From positions 1 through 53,966 of the forward strand of contig JAGGWW010000012.1 of the NCBI GenBank assembly GCA_021163365.1: a stretch of 53,966 nucleotides of DNA. The letters are read 5' to 3'. This DNA is from Nanobdellota archaeon. Its GTDB lineage: Archaea; Nanobdellota; Nanobdellia; CSSed11-243R1. The translations under genes were made by a program, and so were the position numbers. This document shows, one piece after another, positions 27,788 to 35,503 of this stretch (within the stretch, counting starts at the first letter, position 1; each line of letters opens with the position of its first letter). The notes beneath the pieces are model-generated. The model was not told where the DNA came from, did no database searches, and saw only the letters and a program-made list of their open reading frames with translations.

Positions 27788-30030
27788 AAAGCTGCTTGCA
27801 CTTCTCTTCCAAAAAACTTGCTTGCCTTCTTTGCATTTTTTTCTGAGATTTTTAACATCTTCTCAAGTTCTTTTATATTCTCTTCAGCTTTTTTAACAGA
27901 ATGCTCCATTGTGAAAGAATTACTTGAAATTACTGAAATAGCTCTCTCAGCTTTCTTTAAATCAGTAACAAGTTTATTTGTAGAATTAAGAGTAGTTATT
28001 AACTCTGAGAAAAGTTCTCTTTCCTCTTCTCCAAACAAATCAGGATATTTTTGCATAACATCTTCCAATTTTCTTATCCCTCTTTCTATATCCCACATGC
28101 AGAATTCAGCATTTCGAAGGTCATGAGCAAAATCTTTCTCAAGCAATTTCATTTCTTGATTGTACTCAAAAATTCTTGCAAGCATTAAACCTTCTTCCTT
28201 AAATGTGTTTATTAAAACCTTAACAAAGTTAACATACTCATCTAAGTTTGTTTTATTTTCAAACCACTTTCTAAGATAAGATAGCTCTATCGACTCCTCA
28301 TGCTCTTCTTCACTTAAGTAATGCTCTGCAAGTGAGATGTCTTTAATTATCTTACTTGCGAGAAAACCACCCTTTGCAAACTTAAATCTTGGGGCTTTTT
28401 TAATTGCTTTTCTTATATCATTTGCAGCTGGTGTGAATTCTTTTTTCATTTCAAGATGTCTTTTTTCTAAATCTTTTAACTTTTCCTCAAGTTCAGCTAT
28501 CTTTGCTTTTGTTTCAGCTTCTTCTTCAGCTGTCTTTGGTGCTCCAGCTTTAGCTTCTTCTTTTACTATTTCTTTTTCTTCTTTTAGAGAGTGTTTAAGT
28601 TCATTTATGTCTGCTTTTAAATCTCTAATTGCTTTTTTAGTTCCAGCATCAACTGATTTCTCTATTGCTATAAGAGATTTATCAAACTTCTTTAGATTCT
28701 TTAAAAAAGCATCATTCTCTAATCTGTAAATCAATGACATATCTTTTTCAAGCCTTTTTATAACCCCTTCTTCACCTGCAAACTCCTTAAATATCTCTCT
28801 TCTTTCATTGTCTATGTTTTTTAAAGCAGGAACAAGTGCTTTTTCTGCAAAGTTTGCTATTTTTTCTAAAAAGGTTAGTGCGCCAGATGGGTTTTTCTTT
28901 GCTAATTTGTACGCACTTATCAAAGAATGATTTATCCATGTTAGTTGTGGTTTTAACCTAATATCGCTAATAAGAAGATTGTTTAAAAACCGTGAAATCA
29001 TCTGGGAAAACTTATTCATGTTTTCAAATAAGATTTCTATGTCAGAAAGCTCTTCTTCCATTTGTTTTTCTTCTTTTAAAAGCTCTTTTTCTTCAGAGCT
29101 GAGTAAAGATATGTTTTTACCAATTTCTGCACCATATTTAGCAGCTCCTTTCTTTATCTTTTCTAAGTGCTTCTGTATGTTCTCCATTTTTTTCATTAAC
29201 TTCTTTAATCTCTTAGACACCTTTGCTTCTTTTTTCTCTTTTTTCTCTTCTGCTTTAAACCTCTTTGGAGAACCACCAATTAATTTCTCTATTTTTTCAT
29301 GTTCTTTAATCAGCTCGAAAATATCTTTTATATCACGAGTTATACCATTTATTGCTTTAACCTCTTCCTTCATAAACTTAGCAAAGAAGATTTCCTCTTT
29401 TTGAAAAGTTAACATTAGTTTCTTGTAAAAATGAGCTGCAAAAAATAAACTCATTAATCTCCTTGCATAAATACCCTCTCTCATTGAGAGAGAATACGCT
29501 TTTTCAAGAGATGAAATCTCTTTTTGAGTTAACTTTGCTAATTTCTTATCTCTTCTTGCTTCTTTTTTTAAAATATTTTCACACTTTTTTGTTAATTTCT
29601 CTACTTTCTCTAACTTTGCTCTTATTCGCTTTGGCAGTCTTCTTTCGCTTTGTTCTTCTTCTTTAAGTTCAAATTCTGTTTCTCTAAGCATGGGATAAAG
29701 ATATCTTGCTTGTACAGATATTTCATTTCTTTCCATGCCTATGTATTTAATAAGCATGGATAAAGCCCATGTTTTTTCAGAAAGATATTGAACCAAGCCT
29801 TTTCCTCTACCTCTTCTTGACCTTCCAAAAACAGTTCTTTTAGATGCTTTACCTTTTGCTTCAATTTCTGCACCAGCTGCTTCTGCTAAAGGTTTTGATA
29901 TTTCAGTTACTTCTATGTATTTTGCAATTGCTGAACCAAATTTTTCAAGAAATTGCTCATGTCTTGCAAAAATAGATTCTAAGATATCCAAATTTCGTCT
30001 TAATTGTTCTTCTGCACCTCTTAATTCCAC
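27784..30030 (-). CDS. large lysine/glutamate-rich coiled-coil protein
   Basis: 748 aa, dominated by heptad-like K/E/L-rich helices with no enzymatic motif. The antisense ORFs are S/F-rich shadows. Confidence 0.5.
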   Translation of the reverse strand: MELRGAEEQLRRNLDILESIFARHEQFLEKFGSAIAKYIEVTEISKPLAEAAGAEIEAKGKASKRTVFGRSRRGRGKGLVQYLSEKTWALSMLIKYIGMERNEISVQARYLYPMLRETEFELKEEEQSERRLPKRIRAKLEKVEKLTKKCENILKKEARRDKKLAKLTQKEISSLEKAYSLSMREGIYARRLMSLFFAAHFYKKLMLTFQKEEIFFAKFMKEEVKAINGITRDIKDIFELIKEHEKIEKLIGGSPKRFKAEEKKEKKEAKVSKRLKKLMKKMENIQKHLEKIKKGAAKYGAEIGKNISLLSSEEKELLKEEKQMEEELSDIEILFENMNKFSQMISRFLNNLLISDIRLKPQLTWINHSLISAYKLAKKNPSGALTFLEKIANFAEKALVPALKNIDNERREIFKEFAGEEGVIKRLEKDMSLIYRLENDAFLKNLKKFDKSLIAIEKSVDAGTKKAIRDLKADINELKHSLKEEKEIVKEEAKAGAPKTAEEEAETKAKIAELEEKLKDLEKRHLEMKKEFTPAANDIRKAIKKAPRFKFAKGGFLASKIIKDISLAEHYLSEEEHEESIELSYLRKWFENKTNLDEYVNFVKVLINTFKEEGLMLARIFEYNQEMKLLEKDFAHDLRNAEFCMWDIERGIRKLEDVMQKYPDLFGEEERELFSELITTLNSTNKLVTDLKKAERAISVISSNSFTMEHSVKKAEENIKELEKMLKISEKNAKKASKFFGREVQAAF

Positions 30031-30120
30031 AATGATTTTATAATTTTTTAATTAATAAATTTTTTTTTAGAAATTTGCTTAAGAGCAAACTTTAAAAAGG
30101 CAAATAAATAGTGTTATTTT

Positions 30121-30306
30121 ATGGCAAAATTCAAAGAAGCAGTTGAAAGATTGTTCACAAATGTGTTTGTTTGCAGGGTTTGCAAATCAAAGATAAGAGC
30201 AGACCCCCAAAAAGTAAAGCTTGGAAAAGTTAAATGTAGAAAGTGCTATTCAAAGCAACTTCGTCCAAAGCATAAAGAAGTTAAGGGCGCTGGCGGAAAG
30301 AAATAA
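30121..30306 (+). CDS. rpl40e: 50S ribosomal protein L40e
   Basis: 61 aa with CRVCKSK...CRKC zinc ribbon and a KQLRPKHK tail. Confidence 0.85.
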   Translation: MAKFKEAVERLFTNVFVCRVCKSKIRADPQKVKLGKVKCRKCYSKQLRPKHKEVKGAGGKK

Positions 30307-31845
30307 TTAAACATATTTCTCAAGAATTTCTTTTACTTTTTCTCTGCCAATGTTTTCAATTAATTCAAACAATCTAGGACCTCTTTCTTTGTTTAGCAAA
30401 ATCTTATAGCACACTTTAAAGAACTCCTTTCCAAGCCCGCTTTCTTTTCCAATCTCATAAAGCATGTTCTCAGTTAAACCATCAATTTTTTCAATTAACA
30501 TCTTAATTGCTTGCTTTTCGTTATCGCTTAACTCAAAATGCTTTTCTTCGTGTATTTGGAATTTGTACTTCTCATCTGCATATTTATCTGCCCAATTCCT
30601 TGCCATGTTTATTAGCATTCTAATTCTTTTATCATCAAATTCGTTTAAAGTTTCTTTTAAGTGCCCTGTTTGTTTTAGTTTCTTAATTACCTTATCATCA
30701 TCTCTATAGATTTGTGATAAGAACACCAAATACTTAAAAGGTATCTCAATTGGCAATTCTTTTGGCATCTTAATCATAGACATCTCATAAACTCTTTTCA
30801 GATGCTTTTTCTTCTTTTCATCAACTTCTTCTTTTCCAAAGTAAACTCTTTCTGTGAAGTAAAAATCTTCATAAACCTTAAATATCTCATCATCCATTGG
30901 GATTGCAAATTCTGTATTTGGCCTTGTTCCTGCGTAAAAGTATCTCACAAGTTCTGGAAGATAAATTTCATTTAAATCCTTTAAAGCAATTACATTGCCT
31001 TTTGAACCAGACATTTTCCCTCCTTTACCTTTTAATATTACAAAATCATACATTTGATAAATTGGTGGCTCATAGTTAAAAATCTCCTTTGATATAATAG
31101 AAGATGTATCTCTACTTCCACCTAATGTTGAATGCTCTTTTCCACCAGGTTCAAAGTCAACATTATAATATCTCCAACGCATTGCCCAATCAACTCTCCA
31201 TCTTAACTTAACAACACCTTGCTTAGAAAAATCTATTTCTTCTTCATTTCCACATTTGCATTTATATCTTATCTTATATTCTCCATCATAAGAAATGATT
31301 TTTGTAAAATCCTTTCCACATTTAGTGCAATAAATTTGTACAGGGTACCAATCACTTGGTAGGGGTTCTTTTCTAAACCTATTTAGAATTTCCATTATTT
31401 TTTCTCTTTTATTTAATGCCTCTTTTATCCCATCTTTATATTTACAAGCACCGTACTCTTTATGTTCATAAACATATTCTGGTTGAACACCAACAATTTT
31501 TGCAGCTTCTTCAAATTCCTTTTCAAAATGCTCACCATAACTTTTATGACAACCCCAAGGGTCTGGGACTTTTGAAACAGGCATTCCAATATATTCTTCC
31601 CATTCTTTTGGTACATTTGCTGGAACCTTTCTAAACCTGTCGAAATCATCCCAAGAGTGAATATATCTAACCTTTACACCTTTATCAAGCAAAGCACGTC
31701 TTACAATTTCAACAGTCATTTCTTCTCTAAAATTTCCTATGTGAATAGTTCCACTTGGTGTGATACCGCTTGCAATAACATAAACATCTTTGTTTTTCTC
31801 TAAAATCTTATTTGCAATTTTATCTGCCCAATAAACATCTTCCAT
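30307..31845 (-). CDS. lysK: class I lysyl-tRNA synthetase
   Basis: HIGNFRE (HIGH-type) and KMSGSKGN (KMSKS-type) motifs, a CTKCGK...CKCG zinc insertion, and 512 aa. Confidence 0.9.
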   Translation of the reverse strand: MEDVYWADKIANKILEKNKDVYVIASGITPSGTIHIGNFREEMTVEIVRRALLDKGVKVRYIHSWDDFDRFRKVPANVPKEWEEYIGMPVSKVPDPWGCHKSYGEHFEKEFEEAAKIVGVQPEYVYEHKEYGACKYKDGIKEALNKREKIMEILNRFRKEPLPSDWYPVQIYCTKCGKDFTKIISYDGEYKIRYKCKCGNEEEIDFSKQGVVKLRWRVDWAMRWRYYNVDFEPGGKEHSTLGGSRDTSSIISKEIFNYEPPIYQMYDFVILKGKGGKMSGSKGNVIALKDLNEIYLPELVRYFYAGTRPNTEFAIPMDDEIFKVYEDFYFTERVYFGKEEVDEKKKKHLKRVYEMSMIKMPKELPIEIPFKYLVFLSQIYRDDDKVIKKLKQTGHLKETLNEFDDKRIRMLINMARNWADKYADEKYKFQIHEEKHFELSDNEKQAIKMLIEKIDGLTENMLYEIGKESGLGKEFFKVCYKILLNKERGPRLFELIENIGREKVKEILEKYV

Positions 31846-31880
31846 GAAAACACCAAATTTTGTTTCATTTATTAATTTTA

Positions 31881-32135
31881 TTAAAATAACTTGCTAAAGT
31901 CCTCATAGACGTTTTTTCTATGCCCAATAAACAATGTTATTATCTTGTTCTTTTCAATTTCGTAAATAGCTCTATAATCACCAATCCTCAAACTCCTAAA
32001 GTTAGAATACCTTAGATGTTTACCAAGATTCTTGTTTTCTTTTAATCTTTTAATTTTTTTAAGAATTCTCTCTTTTATCTCTTTATCCACTTTCTTTAAA
32101 AACTTTGCAGCTTTTGGATGAAATAATATCTTCAC
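31881..32135 (-). CDS. relE: RelE/StbE-family type II toxin
   Basis: 84 aa with LRIGDYRAIYEIEKNKIITLFIGHRKNVY, typical of RelE/ParE-fold toxins. Overlaps the antitoxin gene by 4 nt. Confidence 0.7.
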   Translation of the reverse strand: MKILFHPKAAKFLKKVDKEIKERILKKIKRLKENKNLGKHLRYSNFRSLRIGDYRAIYEIEKNKIITLFIGHRKNVYEDFSKLF

Positions 32136-32362
32136 TTTATATCACTTATAGATATTAGGATATCTGGTTTTTCTTTAGCTTCCTTACTTCTTTTTATAAG
32201 CATCTTATAAAATTCCCTAGTTTTTTCTCTTTCTTGATACTCTGCAATCATAAATTTTATAGCCTCACTTCTACTTTGAAATCTTCCTTGCTTTACCCAC
32301 AAATCAATTAATTTAATCATATGCTCTGGAACTCTAAGCTGTACTTGTGTCATGTGTTTCAC
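32132..32362 (-). CDS. ribbon-helix-helix (CopG-like) antitoxin
   Basis: The QVQLRVPEHMIKLIDLWVKQGRFQSRSEAIKFMI pattern fits RHH. Start is either GTG at 32362 or ATG at 32353. Confidence 0.65.
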   Translation of the reverse strand: MKHMTQVQLRVPEHMIKLIDLWVKQGRFQSRSEAIKFMIAEYQEREKTREFYKMLIKRSKEAKEKPDILISISDIK

Positions 32363-32363
32363 C

Positions 32364-32383
32364 TGTAAACATATATGTTTACA
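32364..32383. promoter_or_regulatory. 20-bp perfect palindrome (putative RHH antitoxin operator)
   Basis: TGTAAACATATATGTTTACA lies 2 nt upstream of the antitoxin start, between it and a TTTATAAA box (32386-32393). Confidence 0.5.
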
Positions 32384-32440
32384 TGTTTATAAATCTTCCT
32401 TCAAATTAAATTTATAAACAAGATAAGTTTTGCTATTTTC

Positions 32441-33631
32441 ATGAATTGGGACTTAATTTCAGCCATAGTATTCTATTCCATAGTTGCATTGCTTATTTTC
32501 AAATATCGACATAAATTTGAAGTGATGGAAAAAATCTTCATAGTTCACAAAACAAAAAAAGGATTAAGTCTCATGCACAAACTTTCAAAATACAAGATTT
32601 TTTGGAAAACATTTTCAACAGTTGCCATACCTGTCTCTGTTTTCTTCATGTTATTTGCTGGAAAGCTTTTGTTTGAAAATCTCATAGGAATATTTTCAGG
32701 AACAGCTGGTGCTGGAGTTGGGATTTTAATTCCTGGTGTAAAAATACCTGGCTCACCAATATATGTTCCATTTTGGCAAGGAATAATATCCATAGCTGTA
32801 TTAGCAATTGTTCATGAATTTGCCCATGGAATTGTTGCAGCAATGGAAGGAATAAAAATAAAATCAACAGGCTTTGGTTTCTTAGCAATTTTACCTTTAG
32901 CATTTGTAGAACTTGATGAAAAACAATTAAAAAAAATAAACCCTCTATCACGAATGAGAATTCTTGCAAGTGGCGCATTTGCAAATGTGGTTGTTTGGGC
33001 ATTGCTTATAACATTGATTGGTATAATATTTGTACCATTTTTAAACAACGTAGTTGTTTATGATGGTTTAAAAATCACATCCATAGATAAAGGGATGCCA
33101 GCAGAGCAAGCAGGTTTATCTGTTGATGAAGTAATTTTATCTGTAAACAACAAGCAAGTTAAAGATGTTGAAACATTTCTTAATGTTATGAAAGATATAA
33201 AACCTGGAGAAAAAATAAACATTCAAACAAATAAAGGAAACTACACAATTACAACTGTGCAAAATCCAAAAAATAAGAACCATGCGTATATAGGGATAAC
33301 AGTTACACAACAATCACATATCTCGCAATCAGCAAAAGAAAAGTATGGAATACTTGTTGATATAATCTTTTGGATTTTTGACTTATTAAGATGGATAGCA
33401 ATGATTAACTTACTTGTTGGGATAATGAATTTCCTTCCAATATGGGTGCTTGATGGTGGGAGAATAGTTTACGACTTACTTTCATATGTAATAAAAGATG
33501 TTAAAATACTAAGACTTATTTGCAACATAATTTTTTCCTTTTATTCAGCACTTTTACTGTTAAACATATTTGGCCCATTGCTAATGAAAACACCACTAAA
33601 GTTTATATTTAAGAACAACACCATAAAATAA
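32441..33631 (+). CDS. site-2 protease family (M50) membrane metalloprotease with PDZ domain
   Basis: HEFAHGIVA zinc motif in a TM helix, an internal PDZ (GMPAEQAGLSVDEVILSVNN) and a C-terminal LLVGIMNFLPIWVLDGG motif. Confidence 0.8.
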   Translation: MNWDLISAIVFYSIVALLIFKYRHKFEVMEKIFIVHKTKKGLSLMHKLSKYKIFWKTFSTVAIPVSVFFMLFAGKLLFENLIGIFSGTAGAGVGILIPGVKIPGSPIYVPFWQGIISIAVLAIVHEFAHGIVAAMEGIKIKSTGFGFLAILPLAFVELDEKQLKKINPLSRMRILASGAFANVVVWALLITLIGIIFVPFLNNVVVYDGLKITSIDKGMPAEQAGLSVDEVILSVNNKQVKDVETFLNVMKDIKPGEKINIQTNKGNYTITTVQNPKNKNHAYIGITVTQQSHISQSAKEKYGILVDIIFWIFDLLRWIAMINLLVGIMNFLPIWVLDGGRIVYDLLSYVIKDVKILRLICNIIFSFYSALLLLNIFGPLLMKTPLKFIFKNNTIK

Positions 33632-33632
33632 T

Positions 33633-34406
33633 GTGATTTCAATGGGATTGTTCAACAAAATAAAAAAACTAACAAAAAGAAAAAAGACAGTTAAGAAAAA
33701 AGCAAAAAAGGTTAAGAAACAAGTTAAAAAGAAGGTTGTAAAAAAACCTAAAAAAACCGTGAAGAAACAAAAGAAAAAAACAGCAAAAAAGAAAACAACA
33801 AAGAAAAAAGCAAAAGCACCAGCTAAGAAAGCAAAGAAAACTGCAAAGAAGAAAATTGAAGCACCAAAAAAATTTACAAAATCAAGGGTTGAAAAACTTC
33901 TTTCATTAAAAGATGTAAAAGAATACTTAGTTGACTTATTTGGAATTGAAGGATTTAAAATCATTGAATATTTACTTAAAGCTGGAAAAGAAATTGATGA
34001 ATTCACTCTTGCAGATAAAGTAAAATTACAAATAAACTTTGTTCGCTCATTGCTTTACAAACTTTATGAATACAAACTTGTTGTATTTTCAAGAGAAAGA
34101 GACAAGAAAAAAGGGTGGTTCATATATTCATGGCAAGCAAGACCTGAGCGATTAAAAGAACTTTTGTTAAACAAAAAAGATGAAGAAATAGCAAAACTTA
34201 TGAAAAAATATCTTGATGAACAACAAGTGTTTTATTGCAAAGAGTGCGATAAGATGTTCTCTTATTCAGAAGCAATCGAGCATATGTTCTTTTGCCCTTA
34301 TTGTGGTTCTCAGCTTGAAGCAGTTGAGCAAACAAAATTCAAGCAAAAAATAAAGGAAAAAATTGCAAAACTCCAAAAAGAAAAAAAGGCAATAGAAGCA
34401 ATTTAA
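33633..34406 (+). CDS. tfe: transcription factor E (TFE alpha) with roughly 80-aa lysine-rich N-terminal extension
   Basis: Winged-helix region (GFKIIEYLLKAGKEIDEFTLADKVKLQINFVRSLLYKLYEYKLV, GWFIYSW) and zinc ribbon CKECDK...CPYCGS. The N-terminus is a K/A/T/V low-complexity stretch. Start is GTG at 33633 or ATG at 33642. Confidence 0.75.
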   Translation: MISMGLFNKIKKLTKRKKTVKKKAKKVKKQVKKKVVKKPKKTVKKQKKKTAKKKTTKKKAKAPAKKAKKTAKKKIEAPKKFTKSRVEKLLSLKDVKEYLVDLFGIEGFKIIEYLLKAGKEIDEFTLADKVKLQINFVRSLLYKLYEYKLVVFSRERDKKKGWFIYSWQARPERLKELLLNKKDEEIAKLMKKYLDEQQVFYCKECDKMFSYSEAIEHMFFCPYCGSQLEAVEQTKFKQKIKEKIAKLQKEKKAIEAI

Positions 34407-35332
34407 GCATACATAACTTCTGGACTCTTTTTCTTTAATACTTTTGGTGGACTAACATATAATTTCTTCATATACATTGCTAAAGACATTCCAACACTTG
34501 AAGGTACTACAAAATAATCTTCTTTATCTTCCTTTCTTAATCTTAAAGCAAATGTTGGATTATCTGCACCTAAAACAATTAATCCATTGTTAGATTCAAA
34601 TGTTTCATCATAAAGGTAAACTCCAAGCAAATCAACATTTGAATAAGCAAATATATCAAGAATTAAAGAAGGCAAGTTTTTAACATATAAAAAGTCATCT
34701 AACAAAGGTGTTTCTTCAAACTCTTTACATAAAAACGGTGTATTTGGTGGTGCATATTCCTTTGGTAAATTGTACATAAATAAACCATTGCTGTTTGTGA
34801 AGCTAAGACGATAAACTAAGAAAATATCATTGTTACCAGGATAGTAATTTCTTTCTAGTTGATTTAAAGATAAATCAATAAATTCTTTGGGCTTCTTAAA
34901 ATCAACCCCATTTAAATTTAACTCTTGCGAAATAGGAATAGTATCAACATCGCTCATTCTCAAGTATCTCTCTGGCACATACAAATTAAAATCAACCAAG
35001 GGGAGTGCAAATAAAATCTGTTCTAACCTGTGAAGATTGAGATTATCTCCATCCAAACAAACTTCTGCAATATATCCTGTGGGTTCTTCAAGGACAACAT
35101 AAACATCCATAGATTCAACATTGCAAAATTCAAACATCCTCTTTCCTTCTTTTACCAAGGGATGAAAATGTTTTTTACCATAAGAATCAAGCATAGATAA
35201 TACTTCGCTTTGGAGGAGTCTAACAGCAAAAGAACCTTTGCCTGTTGAAAAAAGGACATATCCAAAAAAATCTTTATCAAGTACTTGAAAACTTGTAACT
35301 TTCTCCATAAAGAAGAAATAGGGATTTTTCAT
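34403..35332 (-). CDS. hypothetical protein
   Basis: 309-aa ORF with no confident motif. Confidence 0.4.
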   Translation of the reverse strand: MKNPYFFFMEKVTSFQVLDKDFFGYVLFSTGKGSFAVRLLQSEVLSMLDSYGKKHFHPLVKEGKRMFEFCNVESMDVYVVLEEPTGYIAEVCLDGDNLNLHRLEQILFALPLVDFNLYVPERYLRMSDVDTIPISQELNLNGVDFKKPKEFIDLSLNQLERNYYPGNNDIFLVYRLSFTNSNGLFMYNLPKEYAPPNTPFLCKEFEETPLLDDFLYVKNLPSLILDIFAYSNVDLLGVYLYDETFESNNGLIVLGADNPTFALRLRKEDKEDYFVVPSSVGMSLAMYMKKLYVSPPKVLKKKSPEVMYA

Positions 35333-35371
35333 TTATAAATATTACCACTAACGAGAAATAAAAAATTTAGA

Positions 35372-35503
35372 TAGCCCCGCGCGGACTTCCGAGCACCCAC
35401 GGATTTTCTTTCCGTGCACGCTTTCTTTTTTAAGAAAGGGTGCGTTCGAACCGCGGTCACAGGGTCCAAAGCCCTGTATGCTTGGCCACTACACCACGGG
35501 GCT
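35372..35503 (-). tRNA. tRNA-Gln (anticodon UUG) with a 59-nt intron at T-loop position 59/60
   Basis: The minus strand reads AGCCCCG UG GUGU AGUGGCCAA GCAU A CAGGG CUUUGGA CCCUG UGAC CGCGG UUCGAA[59 nt]U CCGCG CGGGGCU A. An oligo-U tract follows the 3' end. Confidence 0.85.
35386..35444 (-). other. T-loop 59/60 intron of tRNA-Gln (59 nt)
   Basis: BHB drawn by eye: T stem CGCGG/CCGCG, 4-bp helix UUCG/CGGA, bulges AA|C and AG|U, and inner helix GCACCC/GGGUGC with one extra U. Two internal hairpins: CUUUCUU-AAAAA-AGAAAG and CACGGA-AAGAAAA-UCCGUG. Confidence 0.75.

Noticed and set aside
28337-29404. Plus-strand ORFs of 130 and 141 aa rich in S, F and L
   Set aside because: They are antisense shadows of the K/E-rich coiled-coil gene.
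33596-34006. 136-aa minus-strand ORF rich in F and V
   Set aside because: It is an antisense shadow of the lysine-codon (AAA/AAG) repeat at the 5' end of tfe.
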